DNA of 63,996 nt, filler included, from Dimargaris cristalligena (Eukaryota): the NCBI GenBank assembly GCA_003614675.1. It is 4 parts of 4 records of this genome, joined end to end, with 100 filler letters (N's around TTAATTAATTAA, not from the genome) between each part and the next. Parts side by side here need not be neighbours in the genome. Positions count along the whole stretch, not along the records: positions 33,131 to 49,572 come from ML002848.1; 3 more parts are not named here. One strand, 5' to 3'. The position numbers were made by a program, and so were the translations under genes. Within the stretch, counting starts at the first letter, position 1. Every line of letters begins with the position of its first letter. Positions 37,551-49,672 of this stretch are shown piece after piece. The notes beneath the pieces are model-generated. The model had not been told where the DNA came from. It made no database searches and saw only the letters and a list, made by a program, of their open reading frames with translations.

Positions 37551-40276
37551 GGTGAAGCGTTGGCCCTGTCAGTCAGCGGCACTAACTTAGTTGGCGGACT
37601 TGGGTGGAGTTGAAAGTTAGGTTGAATAGAGGGAAGAGAAAGCCGAGGTTGGTGAGTGAGAAAGCAAGAGACAAAAGATATAACGGAGCAGACGGGGAAC
37701 ACACCGCGGAGATGGGGGCAATGGAACCAGGAACAGGGCAGATGCAACAACAGTGGGCGGGGGGAGGAAGGAGATAAAGGAGAAAAGGGGAGTGGAATCG
37801 CGAGAAAAAACATATAGAACAGTACTAATAGCAATGCTCCTTAGTAGAGAGAGAGAGGCGCAAAAGAATAGAAAAGCGAATAGAAGCCACAGCAGGCTCA
37901 ACCGACTGTGCAAGGGGCAATACAACAATAATAATGATAATAATAAGACACGCTAAGTAGGAAAGAAGAATATCGCGGGCATCCTGCCATAAAAGGGTCT
38001 GCAGTTAAAGGTTGCCAACATGACTTTGAGAGGAAAATACGTTGTGGTATGTGGTGACACAGAACCCTCCCTTCAAAACAGGCATTGGCTGTGCTGTGAC
38101 TCAGAAGGAGCGCACCGTTGGGTTAGTGAAGCATTTTTTTACTATACACAGAGGCAGTACAACCACAACCCCTATTAAAAATAGCATCGCCCCCAGGGGA
38201 AGTGGCAAAGTAAATTCAGGCGGGAGGAGGAGGTAAAGGAGTGAAGAAGGCTCCCTTCTCTACCTATCTACCATGCCCCCCGTCAACACGGGCAGTAAAC
38301 AGCCCTCATCACCTCCTAGAATCAATAATAGTATGTGTTGGGGGTATTACCGGAAATACGGGGCAGGCCAGCCTCTCCACTCAGCTACCCTCTTCCATGT
38401 ATATATCCAGTCTATGGATTGCATTTCCCAGCCTGTGTATGACTAGCATGCAATTAATTGGCCTTGTCCTTTTCCCCAGCGTGTGTGTGTGGGTCTTATT
38501 AATAGCCAGCTCTGTTGAACCGACCGGAATACGCTACAGTAGAAGGTTAGAGGAACGGACAATCCTTTGCCACTCGGGGTATCCCATGTCAGAAACTGCT
38601 GGCAGCGGGTGGGTGGCCCAGACTGCCCTCTACTGCTACTTATCGGCCCAAAAGAACACCGACGGGATCGGCCCCGTTGCTGTTTGGCTGAGCTGGGGAT
38701 GGCCATTGATGACGATGGTCTCTCCCTTTCTTTTCGTTTATATAATTTAATAAATATAAATATATATATATACTAAATTTAATTACTCCTCCCCTTTGTG
38801 AGGTGGCCCCATACCCTCACACCACCACAATACGGGGGTGTGTAATCACTGGGTATAGTTGAGGCGAGGTGGGCGACGATTTGATCGATGCCAGCCGGGT
38901 CCAGAGAGTTGTTAGTTGGTGCGAGTCAGCGTGCTTCTCTTGTACTATGGGGACAGGGGAAGCTGCCCTTTCCTCGCCCTGCTTGGTATGTATGAAACTA
39001 AATTCGCTCCCCTTCGCAGGCCCTTCCATAGTCCCCTGAATTAGGGGAGGGAAGGAGAGAGGAGGCGATCAGCGCTCCATTCATCTCCTGATTCGCCTGG
39101 CGAGCATCCCTTGCCACTGCGTTAATCGTGACCATATCCTCCCCAACTCCCTCTGCGGCTGGCGGTGTATCCATTCCCGTCAGATTATGGGGCATCCCCC
39201 CTGTCAGTAACGAGCGACCTTCCTTAGGGTAGGGTAGAGTAGAATATAATGAAAGAAAAGGGGGGGAAGGTGTGTAGTAGCCTCGGCCCTGCCCATGATC
39301 TGGTTTCCAGGGGAAGGGGCCCGAGCCACCCCTGAGGCACCACTTGACCGCCAACCAGCTGGTATAGGCCTGGCTGTGGAACATACGGGGGGAATGTGCC
39401 CAGACATTGCAGTGGGGGCGGTTCCCCCTCATGGCCCAGAAATAGAGCTCTGGAAAAGCGACTGCCCATTGCATTCTATTTTTATATACATTTTAAAATA
39501 GCCTCCCAATGTACATAATAATGGTGTATATCTTGCCCCCGGTTTATCACCACCATAACACCCAACAGACCCATTTAACCACTACTGCATAGGACGCAGT
39601 TGTACATCCGTGTGGGGAATCTAGCGCACTCTCTCCGTTCGGGTACACGTCATATAGAAATTCTAGCCGGGCACTGCCGTTCCTGGGCGTAAATCGATGA
39701 TCATGCACAGCCAAAAATATCAATTCAGCCTGATACTCTAAAAACGGCCGGGAATCGTCAGAGTTCCACAAGCAGCCCATTGCCCGCTTCGGAGTCGTTT
39801 AGTCTATTCGCTGAAGAGATGCGATAAGCAGTCTCACCCATGGTAGATACATCGGTACACCGCCGCTGGTTATTCTAACAATAACGAACTTCTAAGACAT
39901 GCCGCCCGCGGTCCTTCATTATAATGCAGCTACCAGCTTAAGTTTATGGGGATATCTCTGCCATAGAAATGATTCATAAATTAATAACCAAAACACTGGG
40001 TCCAGCTAGCCCAGCGAGGCAAGTTCCAGCGGAGGTACCGTTCTCCGCTAGGACAGGTCACAAAGCCTACGCTGGCCCAAGGGGGACGTGGAGCTGGGCT
40101 GGGGGGAAGGTGTGAAGGGGGATTGGCTATGCATTCCAGACAATTACCCTTCCACTGGGTCGGCTGACTTCGAAATTGGGACCCAGCTGCGCAGTAGCCT
40201 AGGGAAAGAAAGAAGGAAGGAAGGTCCTGGGTAGAAACCGCACTAGCCTGTCCACTCAGAAAAGCAGCCCCCCGTT

Positions 40277-40299
40277 AGAGAGAGAGAGAGAGAGAGAGA
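40277..40299. repeat. (AG)n microsatellite
   Basis: About 11 AG units upstream of PTC5. Similar tracts occur at ~53115-53137, ~57746-57760 and ~59096-59116. Confidence 0.9.
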
Positions 40300-40430
40300 C
40301 AACTATTGCCAATGCCTTCCTACTTGATCTGGTAAGCGCTGCCTATAGTAGTGATGAGCTCCATTACTGTTGGTTGCATTGCCTCTGCTCTTTGTTCAAT
40401 CACGACATTCCCGACTTTATCACCTTTTCC

Positions 40431-42179
40431 ATGTATTCCACCACCCGCTTGAGCTTGATAAACCGACCTATTCGGGGTCTGGTCGCTCCTTCCCGCCGGG
40501 CCCTTCCTGTTGGCCCGTTAGTCGCCCAGCTACTTCTACGCTCCGCCCAGTCGCCCACGTTGTCCGCTGCCTCCTCCTTCTTCTCCACCTGCCGCCAGCG
40601 CACTTTACCTTCTCCATTATCCCCTTCCACCCACCTACTTTTTCGCACTCTGCCCCCCATCCCGTCCGCCATGGCCCGTACATCCGACTCCTCCGCACCC
40701 AATTCCCCAGTGCCCGCGGAGACCAAGCGTCCGTTATCTACCCAAACCACCACGAAACCCGCCCCCACTCCTCTTTCGCGGCCAGGCCTCTTTCTGGGAA
40801 CCTTGGTCGCTGGCTGTGCTGTCGCTTACCTAGGTGCTAGTTACTGGAGCGGCCCAGCGGCCCCCGCCTCCCATGTCATCACCATCCCCCTGGGTCGTTC
40901 GGCCACAGACATTCCCGTGCGATCGGATTACCCCGAACTGGGCCACAAGCGTCGCCTGGCCTGGCGGCGCCAATTACAACAGGCCCTGGAGCCCTTCAGT
41001 CCCCTGTCCGCCCCCGAGGTGGAATCCCGTCTGACCCAGAACCAGAAGTCCACTGTCCGCCCGGAATCTAGCCCCGCTCCCGGTTTGGTTCTGCGCTATG
41101 ATACCAACCAGTTGGCCTCCAACAATCCCATTGAGGATCGCCACCAGGAATGGAGTCTGCCTCTGGCCAGCCCCGCTCCTTCGGAATCCTTGCTCAACGG
41201 CCTCGGACGGTGGCTCATGTTCAGCGTGTTTGATGGTCACGCTGGTTACCAATGTGCCGATAAAGTGGCCCAGAGTCTGCCTGATCATACCCAGCGCGCC
41301 CTGACCTGGTCCCTTAACAGCGAAAAGGAGAAGCATCCCGAGGCCCCGGCCAACGCCACCCGGGTGGCCCACCACACGTTGACCAACAGCTTCGTCACCA
41401 TGGACGAAGAACTATTGGAGGGCTCGCTCCAGAACGTCATTAATAACCCCACCCAGGCCCGGGAGATGCTCCTTCCCGCCGTCGCCGGCGCGTGCGGTCT
41501 AGTGGCCTGCATCGATTCCGAGACCCGCCAACTGAGTGTGGCCAGCGCGGGCGACAGTCGCGCCGTGCTCGGCTCCCTGAATGGGACCACCGGGGAATGG
41601 ACCGCCACACCCCTTAACGATGACCACACCGCCGATAACCCGGCGGAGCGCCAGCGCTTGATCGACGAGCACCCTGGCGAAGCGAAAACCGTCATTTCGC
41701 GGGGCCGCGTACTGGGCTCCCTCATGCCCACCCGCGCGTTCGGCGACGCCCGGTACAAATGGTCCGAACAGATTCAGGCCCAGCTGTTCCCCACCCAGTT
41801 CCCCGGTCGGCGGGCTACCCCCAAACACTACCAGACCCCACCCTACGTGACCGCCCACCCCGAAGTATCGCACCGTAACCTGACCCCCAGCGATAAATTC
41901 ATCGTGGTCGCCAGTGACGGCCTCTATGACGAGCTGAGTAATAAGGAAATCGTCCAGGCCGTCGCGGAATTTTGGGAGTCCCGCATCTATAACAATCCCG
42001 ACCCTAAACTCACCAAGGCCCACTCCATCCCCGACGATAATGCCGCCACTCACCTGATCCGCCGGGCATACGGGGGTGACAATCCGAAGATTATTTCGCG
42101 CCTCTTAGCCATACCATCCCCGAAAAGCCGGAGTTACCGAGATGATATTACCGTCACCATTGTTTTCCTGGATGCTTAA
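40431..42179 (+). CDS. PTC5: Mitochondrial PP2C phosphatase (pyruvate dehydrogenase phosphatase, Ptc5-like), about 582 aa
   Basis: Arg/Ser-rich N-terminal presequence. Motifs RYDTNQLASNNPIEDR, FSVFDGHAG, AGDSRAVLG, RVLGSLMPTRAFGDARYKW, TPPYVTA.PE, ASDGLYD, DDNAATHLIR, RDDITV. Confidence 0.9.
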   Translation: MYSTTRLSLINRPIRGLVAPSRRALPVGPLVAQLLLRSAQSPTLSAASSFFSTCRQRTLPSPLSPSTHLLFRTLPPIPSAMARTSDSSAPNSPVPAETKRPLSTQTTTKPAPTPLSRPGLFLGTLVAGCAVAYLGASYWSGPAAPASHVITIPLGRSATDIPVRSDYPELGHKRRLAWRRQLQQALEPFSPLSAPEVESRLTQNQKSTVRPESSPAPGLVLRYDTNQLASNNPIEDRHQEWSLPLASPAPSESLLNGLGRWLMFSVFDGHAGYQCADKVAQSLPDHTQRALTWSLNSEKEKHPEAPANATRVAHHTLTNSFVTMDEELLEGSLQNVINNPTQAREMLLPAVAGACGLVACIDSETRQLSVASAGDSRAVLGSLNGTTGEWTATPLNDDHTADNPAERQRLIDEHPGEAKTVISRGRVLGSLMPTRAFGDARYKWSEQIQAQLFPTQFPGRRATPKHYQTPPYVTAHPEVSHRNLTPSDKFIVVASDGLYDELSNKEIVQAVAEFWESRIYNNPDPKLTKAHSIPDDNAATHLIRRAYGGDNPKIISRLLAIPSPKSRSYRDDITVTIVFLDA

Positions 42180-42612
42180 CCCACTTTCCTTCTTCCCGCA
42201 CCACACAAGTCAAACCTTCTTAGTCGGGACCCGAAACCTGCTTGGTAGTTTACTTCGACTATTCGACCCTTTATTGCCCACCTCATATCCCATCTAGCCG
42301 ATCCATCTTGGCCAGCATGCCCAGAACGTCTACCTACTGCCTGTATTTTTCCTTCTTACAACCACATCAATGGAATTACTCTATTCTATAGACTAGCAAC
42401 GTGTTTCGGTAATTTCCTATAAACCTATTGTCCAGCTATCTGGGGTTTGGCAGGCATGAACTGTTTTATATTTTAGCAAACATGGGCTCAGCTGGAAGGA
42501 TCTAGACATTAACTTGACCAGTATAGATAACAACCATCGTGGTCAAGTAAAGTACTCGGCAAAATAAAAAAAGAGGTGATGAAGCAAACGGATAGAAAAA
42601 ACCACACATCAA

Positions 42613-45022
42613 TTACAAAACCCAACGGGCAATAACCCCGTCATGCCCCCCCACCAACCATGTCTGGGACTTGTTGGGCCCGCTCAAATCATCGGTAGGG
42701 AGCCACTTCACGGTTTGAATAGGTGCGGTATGGGCCTTGATTTGGGATTGCTGGAAGGTGCGTGTATTGTACAGATGGAGACGGTTGTCGCCTACCGAGC
42801 TGGCAATGCGCTCTCCATCGAAATCTAGTGCAACCACAGGGGCACCGTAGGTTAATTTCTCCACGGCTTTACCCACTCGCATGTCCCAGATACGGACAGT
42901 GGTGTCCCGGGAACCGCTCACGAGGTAGTATTCGTTGAACGTTAGCGTGGTGATGGGCTGGGTGTGGCCAAATAGGGACCGGTGGGTCTGTCCGGTCCGC
43001 AGGTCCCACATGCGGATAACTCCGTCAATGGTGCCCGTAGCCAGGGCGTACTGGTAAAACTGAAGGTCTCCAATGAACCCACCCACGCCAAACTGATCCC
43101 CACGGGGGTCGTGCTGCTCGTAAGTGTATTTAGATACATGGGTTTGCATAGTCCAATCGACCTGAATCGATCGGATTTCTTGACCGGTGGCCAGGTCCCA
43201 GTAGCGTAGGGATCGGTCGGCCGACCCTGATACTAGCCAATTATCCCAGGCCTGTAGACAATTAATGGCGGCACGGTGACCCGTTAAACGATGAGTGATG
43301 GCTGCCTCAGATGGGTGTTTGGCGATAGACGAGGGAAAATCACTGGGTTCGGGTTCGGGCTGGGGCTCGACAGGTAGACTGAGGTTGTCCAGGACGGACT
43401 CGGCAAAGGCATCCATATTCGGCACACTGGTCCCATTGGTATCACCCAACTCCGCATCCGATAAATCCGACTTATAGAAGGACTGCCGCCGCCGAATGTT
43501 ATCGCTGGCGTTCAGGGCGGCCGCGGTAAAGGAGTCCCGGAGATTGCGAATGAACCCCCGGTCTCGCTCCGACCCGTCTGATTCGTCGCCCGATTCGGAC
43601 AGGGTGATAGGATGCTGTAGGGATTCCAGTACCGATACATCCCAGACTAGCAGGGAGCCGTCCATGGCTCCTGTAACAGCCCGGTCGCCGAGAAACTGTA
43701 CCCCGCGAACGATGTCCTGGTGGAGGTCCATTTTGGCGCGGCACTCGCCATTCGCTGAGCGACTCAGCGGATCGGAGGCCCAGACCCGGGCGGTAGTATC
43801 CATGGATCCGGTCAGTAGCCGACCGGTTGTGGGGTGGTAGTCCAGGGCTGTCACGACGGTGGAGTGGGTGGCGATAGTCTGGGCTAGGTGGGGCAATGAT
43901 GAGGGGACCCGGCTAGGCCGCCCTTCGGTGATGGAAGCAGTCGGGGGTGGCTGCGACCGCCGGGAATGGGCGGGCGAAGCAGGTTCCTCGGGTTTGGGAG
44001 CGGATTGCTCACCGGACCGGGCCGCTAATGCGTCCTTCTGAATTATGAGCTGCTCTAGCTGATGGTCGGTATCAGTGAGTTCCTCGAGCAGTACTAACTA
44101 TTGTAGACGATTGAGGTGACGGTTATTAGAAAGGAACATTAGTAATAATGGGACATAGTTAGGACTAGATATATGCGCATAGAGTTTCATTGTCCATTTA
44201 ATGGTAATAGGGACCGACCCGTATATGCATGCATATGGTGGTTCACGGCCGGAGAAGCTGAGCAGCCCTTCATCAGGTATTATCACCCTGATCAATGGTA
44301 ATTCGTAGGAGAACTAGGGGTATTGTATGGTTGTTAATGGTTTCAATAATTGGTTTTGTTAGTCTTACTTTGCGATTTCCCAGGGCACGGATCTGGGATG
44401 TTAACCGACTCAGTTCATCGGCAAGCCCCTGCTCACCAAAGATTTCCATGGCCGATTGCCGTGACCGGGACGGGGTCGACGGGGCGGTGGGTTGACTAAT
44501 GGAGGATTTCCGCAGGGTCTTTTTACGCATCGAAAAAAACGACCACTTGGGAGTCCCGTGGGGATCATCGGGCTGGTCATCCCGGGGGGACAGGGGAGGC
44601 TGGAGGGTATCCACTTGGCTGACGTTGGTTTGGAATTGTTCGAACAGGGAAGGTCCTGCCGGGGGCAAGTGGCCGGTTTGGCCAACGACCGATCGTCGTC
44701 GTTGGGGCCCACGCTGTAGAGCAGCTTCAACGTCGGCCGGAATGGCAATGCGGGGTTGGCGGGGGCGGAAGAGACCTCCGGTAGCCACATGGTAAACCGA
44801 CGAAGCAATGTGCCGAGTAAGTTGAGTAGGTCCTCGGAATAGAGAGTTAATGTAGGAGGAGTTGCGGCGAATCAGTTGGTTAGTGGCGGCGGAGGGATCC
44901 GGTCGTTTGCGACGGGCTGAAGAAGAAGAAGAAGAAGTAGAAGCAGAAGAAGGGATAATCAAGGCAGGGCCAGCACCCGCACCCACGATCGCCGGGCCGG
45001 GTGGGTCGGTTGGTGAAGTCAT
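42613..45022 (-). CDS. MDV1: Mitochondrial fission adaptor Mdv1/Caf4-like (N-terminal extension, coiled coil, WD40 propeller), about 712 aa; join(45022..44369,44097..42613)
   Basis: Coiled coil LSRLTSQIRALGNRK|LVLLEELTDTDHQLEQL. WD repeats including LVSGSADRSLRYWDL and FIGDLQFYQYALATGTIDGVIRMWDLRTGQTHRSLFGHTQPITTL, characteristic of Mdv1/Caf4. Confidence 0.8.
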
Positions 45023-46839
45023 GGTAGCTAGAGCGGGGTTCGAGCAAATGGGGGCCACACAGACCCCTTGCCTTCACGGAAGTCGGAATGGGAAAGTGGA
45101 GGGATTGGGGGAATGGAACCAAGGTACACTTGTCCCTCCAATGGACCTAGTGGGGAATAAGTAAAGAAGTTATGGAAGTATTTGCCCAGAAAATGCCCAA
45201 ATGGTTTGTGTGGAGGGGGGGGTGAGGTGGCCATGCGTGTGAGGAGAGGGGGGGCAGTAGGGTAGTGGAGTGGGCTTGGAAACGAAGGCCTCTAGGACGA
45301 GGAGGAGAGCTGCCTCGAGCTTCCCAGTGAGAAGCCAAAGGGAAAAGAGAGACGACACCACCCAGTGGTGTAGTAGCATCAACCTACCTTTCCTACCCAC
45401 AGAGCGGCTCTCACGGCTGGATAGCCAGATTGTGAGCCAGTTACCGCATATACCGCTTTTCTTCAACTGGGTTCGACCAACGACTGCTCTCATCAAGGCC
45501 CGATCCGCATACATAACCAGCCATGACGATGGACCTGCATTAAACAGGGAGGGTGACGGGGGCTATGCGGATTTTTCACCCCGGGCCGTGTTGCAAGGCC
45601 ACCAGGACGGGAACGGTTCAAAGGGGGGGGTAGTAGTACAATGGGATTGAGGTCGACGTCGCTATCCCAGCACCTCCCCCTTTGCGGTTCGGGCAGAATC
45701 GAGGCAGTATCGGTCCGGGCTCGACAAGGTGTAGGGAACGAAGGTGGGGGGGTGGAGTTTCGAGTGTCGGCATTTCATCGAATGGAGACAGTGAATAGCA
45801 GTGGTTCGGACTGTATGCGACGGGGAACAAGTAAGTGTTGGCTATATAAGGTAAATAGGGAGAATAATAAGGGCCAGGCTAAATGCACTCCTAACCGGCA
45901 GTTGCGTGGGCCTGGCCTGGCTTTCTTTCTTCTTTTTTTTCACCACTGGTTTAGGCGGGGGTGATGGTTTGACTGCGACTTTACTTTATATATATATTGA
46001 TGGGGTTTCCCTTTTTTCACTCTTTTCTTTACCTTGTCACACATGCCTCATATTTTGCGATTGTTGTTTGCCCTTGGTTAATGTAGGTGAGTGAGTTTTT
46101 TCCGTTCGCTACGCATTGCCAGAACCTTATCCGGTCGGTATCTCTAGGTTCTCCTTTCAAGCACCAACAGCGGGCAGGTCCTGGCCAAGATTGCGAAGTG
46201 AGAGAGAAAGAGATAAATAGACTGCCAGCTCGGCGATTCCTGCCCACCCTATTCTTTATATATATATACTATGTAGTAGTGGCCCTCCTATTCCGCCGAT
46301 ATAGTTTAGCCTGCCTTGGTCCTTTCCTTATTGCCGTTGCTCTCTCCCAGAGACCCGGGATGTACTTATTTCTTTACCTAGACTGACCACCCCGTATTAT
46401 ACATACACTCTTCCTAACCAACTAATCCCTACCCTCTCATGTTATTTGCTTTTCCTTGGACAATAGACCTTTAAATTCCTATTCCCTCGTTGAACTCTTT
46501 GCTTTTGGATAGTCTAGTCGACTTTGGTGGCCCACAACCCGTCTGCCTCGAAAACCCGTTCTGCCGCTTACCACTGAATTTCCAAGCTCTCCGATCCTCC
46601 GCGTGTTGGTCATATTGGTACCTTGTATCCCACCAGTGGTTGTTTCGAGTAAAATAAACGTTGCCTCCTAGTATTCGCCTCCTGCTACTCTATTATTGTC
46701 CTTTACACCCTCTCCTTCCCTTATTTTCCCCTGGTCTCTTCCACCTACTCCCTCTAACTTGCCATCGGCCCCTCGAACATCGACCAACCCCAACTCGCCA
46801 CTACCATTAGCTGCCCAGTTTACATGGCTATATAGCCTT

Positions 46840-49572
46840 ATGGAAGAGGTACGGTTACATAATATACCCCCAGCCCCGTATATTGGCTACCGGCAGCTGA
46901 GCAAATAGTTTTTTTTTCGCATAGAGCGTCAACCTCAATGCCGCTGAGTCCTCCCTCTCCCCTCTCTCTAAGATTGGTTCGGGTATGGGGGGGGGGTCAC
47001 CACTACCAACATGGTTGTTGCTTTTTATAACCCTTTTATCCTCTGCGGCTCGGTCATATCCCAGGAAGTCTCTACGACTAGCTGCTGCTCGTTTCTAACT
47101 ATATCCAACTCCCTCCTACCTACATTTATCAACTTACCTTCCCTTCCCGGCCTTGTCACCCGTAGCCATTAATTGTCGAGTCGAGAGATATGAGCTCCTT
47201 GGAAGCCCTCCTTCAACAGCTTAATGAGCAGGTAGACTCTACCTCGCTTTTGCTGACCAGCGATGGCGAAGAATTCCAACTCTCCGCCGAGCAACAAAGT
47301 CTCCTATCTGCGATTGCCCAGGCCGCCTCCCACTCCGAGCTAGCCATGGTAGCGTCCCAGTCTTCTATAACACCCGGCGTATCCCCTGCTGAAACCACCT
47401 CTACTGCTCTTATCCCCTATCGCTCCTGTTTTCCAGGATCCACCCGACCGGCGGGTCAGCCGTCCCCCTCCAAACTCGTGGAAAGCTCCCGGACACCCGT
47501 ACCCATCCTGCCGTTTCTTCCTGGCCAAACTATTACCGACCGGATAAGCAAACCCAGTTCTGCCTCCCTGAAAGCTCCCCGAAAGACCCGTTCCCGTAAC
47601 GCCTCGGGCGAGCCCCTGGTCCGTACGGCCTGGAAAAAATCCGACGACGATCTTTTACGCAAGGCAGTGTCCGAATATGGCGCATACACCGACCGGTGGA
47701 ACACCATTGCTTCGTTTGTACCTGGCCGTGACAATAAGAGTTGCCGAAAGCGGTGGTTTCATACCCTGGACCCGGGCCTGCGGCGGGGACCGTGGACCCA
47801 ACAGGAGGATTTGCTCCTTCGCCATGCCGTGGAGCGACTCGGTCACCAATGGAGCCGAGTTGCCCGCCTGATTGACGGCCGCACTGACGACCAGTGCGCT
47901 AAGCGGTGGCGTGAAGCCCTGGATCCCAACATTGACCGGAACGAGTGGACCGTCGAGGAAGATGCGCGCCTGCTTGATGCAGTGCGGGACCTGGGTAATC
48001 AATGGCAAAAAATTGCGGTTAAATATTTCCCTGGGCGTCCCGGAATTCACTGTCGGTATCGCTGGCGGAAAGTCATGCGTGATAAAATGGGGGTGCGGGG
48101 CCGAAAGTGGCTACCTAGTGATAAAGACTTGATCCAGGTTGTCAAAGATCAACCCTCCTTAGGTTCCTGCTTAATACCTCCGGGATCCACTTTCGTACCT
48201 TCTTCTGTGCAGGCCGTTCCAAGCATGACGGCCCCGCTACCCCGGGCCCGGCGGAAATCATCCCTGGATAATCTAAACCCTTCTTCTAAGCGGGCCAAAC
48301 TCCAGAATAATCCATCGACGGGTTTTGATCTGGGGCTTACCAGTCCCCGCTCCATCAGCCGTCACTCCGGATCAACTACTGACACCGCTCATATATCCAA
48401 TATGGGGCTGCCTGTCCCATCTTTTCAGCCGACAACAACACCAGGCAGGGCCTTACCGCTTAATTCAACAATGTATGCTGCCGCTGCCGCTGCTGCGTCT
48501 GCGATGCGTCCCTCTTCGGGCAGCCCTAATTCCACTAATATACCATCTACCGCCTCCAAGCCAACCAGCACGGGCTCTTTACCCTCAGGCCAGGATGGGG
48601 CCGCAGCGCGTCCTCCAGCCACTACCGCGGAAGATGATGACCCACTGGCCAGCCTATTAGCCTCCGACTTTGACCTTAGTTCCCTCGGGTTTACTGCACC
48701 GGAGATGGACGACATGCTAGGGGCCCTCGTCAACAACATCCCCGAGGGACCATTCAATTCACCGGATGCACTTTCTCTTAATTTCCCCGACCTGGAGTCC
48801 CTAATTAATGGCAGTTCATCGATGGCGGGATCCTCATCGAACCCTATTAGCTGCGGTAACCTCAACCTTGATGCCCTTGATCTTTCAACGGCGCTGAACC
48901 TTGCAGCCCCGAAGGGCTCGGGTCTCCTGGATCCCCTGGACTTCTTTGGACTATCAGGCAGTCTCACGCCCAACCCTTGGGGCAAGGGGCCCGACTTGAA
49001 CGATTTGCTGTCCCAAGCCCTGGATACCAGCGATGCACCTAGTCCGGTCGATTTCGATCTGTCCTTCCTCAAGAGCCTCGAAAGCGATCTCAAGGGACCA
49101 CTACCGGGCGCTGCCACCCCGACAGTGGCCCCGTTTCCACTGATTAATAACACATCGATCCCACTGGGGATTGCCAGTGCCCCCGACAGCCCAGGCTCAA
49201 ACGACGAAGATGGGACCACCAAGGAGACCGAGACGGGTAGCCTCGAGGAAGACGACAAGCCCCTCCGCCGGCGCCTGGACGAACTGAACCTCACTCTCTA
49301 CGGGTGTGCCATGGAAAGCTGCGGTCTCTCCTTCCGCACTGCATCCCTCCTTTTACAGCACTCTCGCATGGACCACGCCAACAGTCTCCAGCTGAAGGAC
49401 TCGAATTTTCGCCCATTTTGCTGTGCAATGAATGGCTGTTACCGCACCTATAAGAACGTTAATGGGCTGCAGTACCACATCTTCCACTCCAAGGGGTCAG
49501 TTGCCCATTTTTACCCCACCCCCGATGGTAGCATTAATGAGCAACTCTACGGGTCCCGACCCTTTAAGTGTA
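46840..49572 (+). CDS. Three-repeat Myb transcription factor with C-terminal C2H2 (Sfp1-type) zinc fingers; 3'-truncated by contig end; join(46840..46848,47166..>49572)
   Basis: Myb repeats WKKSDDDLL...CRKRW, WTQQEDLLL...CAKRW and WTVEEDARL...CRYRW. Zinc fingers C..ESC...H..MDH and PFCCAMNGCYRTYKNVNGLQYH..H. A 9-nt first exon (ATG GAA GAG|gt...ag|CCA) splices in frame with ATG 47190. Confidence 0.85.
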
Positions 49573-49672
49573 NNNNNNNNNNNNNNNNNNNNNNNNNNNN
49601 NNNNNNNNNNNNNNNNTTAATTAATTAANNNNNNNNNNNNNNNNNNNNNNNNNNNNNNNNNNNNNNNNNNNN
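49573..49672. other. Artificial contig linker (N44-TTAATTAATTAA-N44)
   Basis: Same 100-bp linker. It truncates the genes on both sides. Confidence 0.98.

Noticed and set aside
37600-40300. Numerous 60-170-aa ORFs between SPA2 and PTC5
   Set aside because: No recognisable domains, low-complexity composition and no coherent splice structure. Probably promoter/UTR sequence.
40431-45022. PTC5-MDV1 as a mitochondrial gene cluster
   Set aside because: A convergent pair of housekeeping genes with no evidence of co-regulation. Likely chance adjacency.
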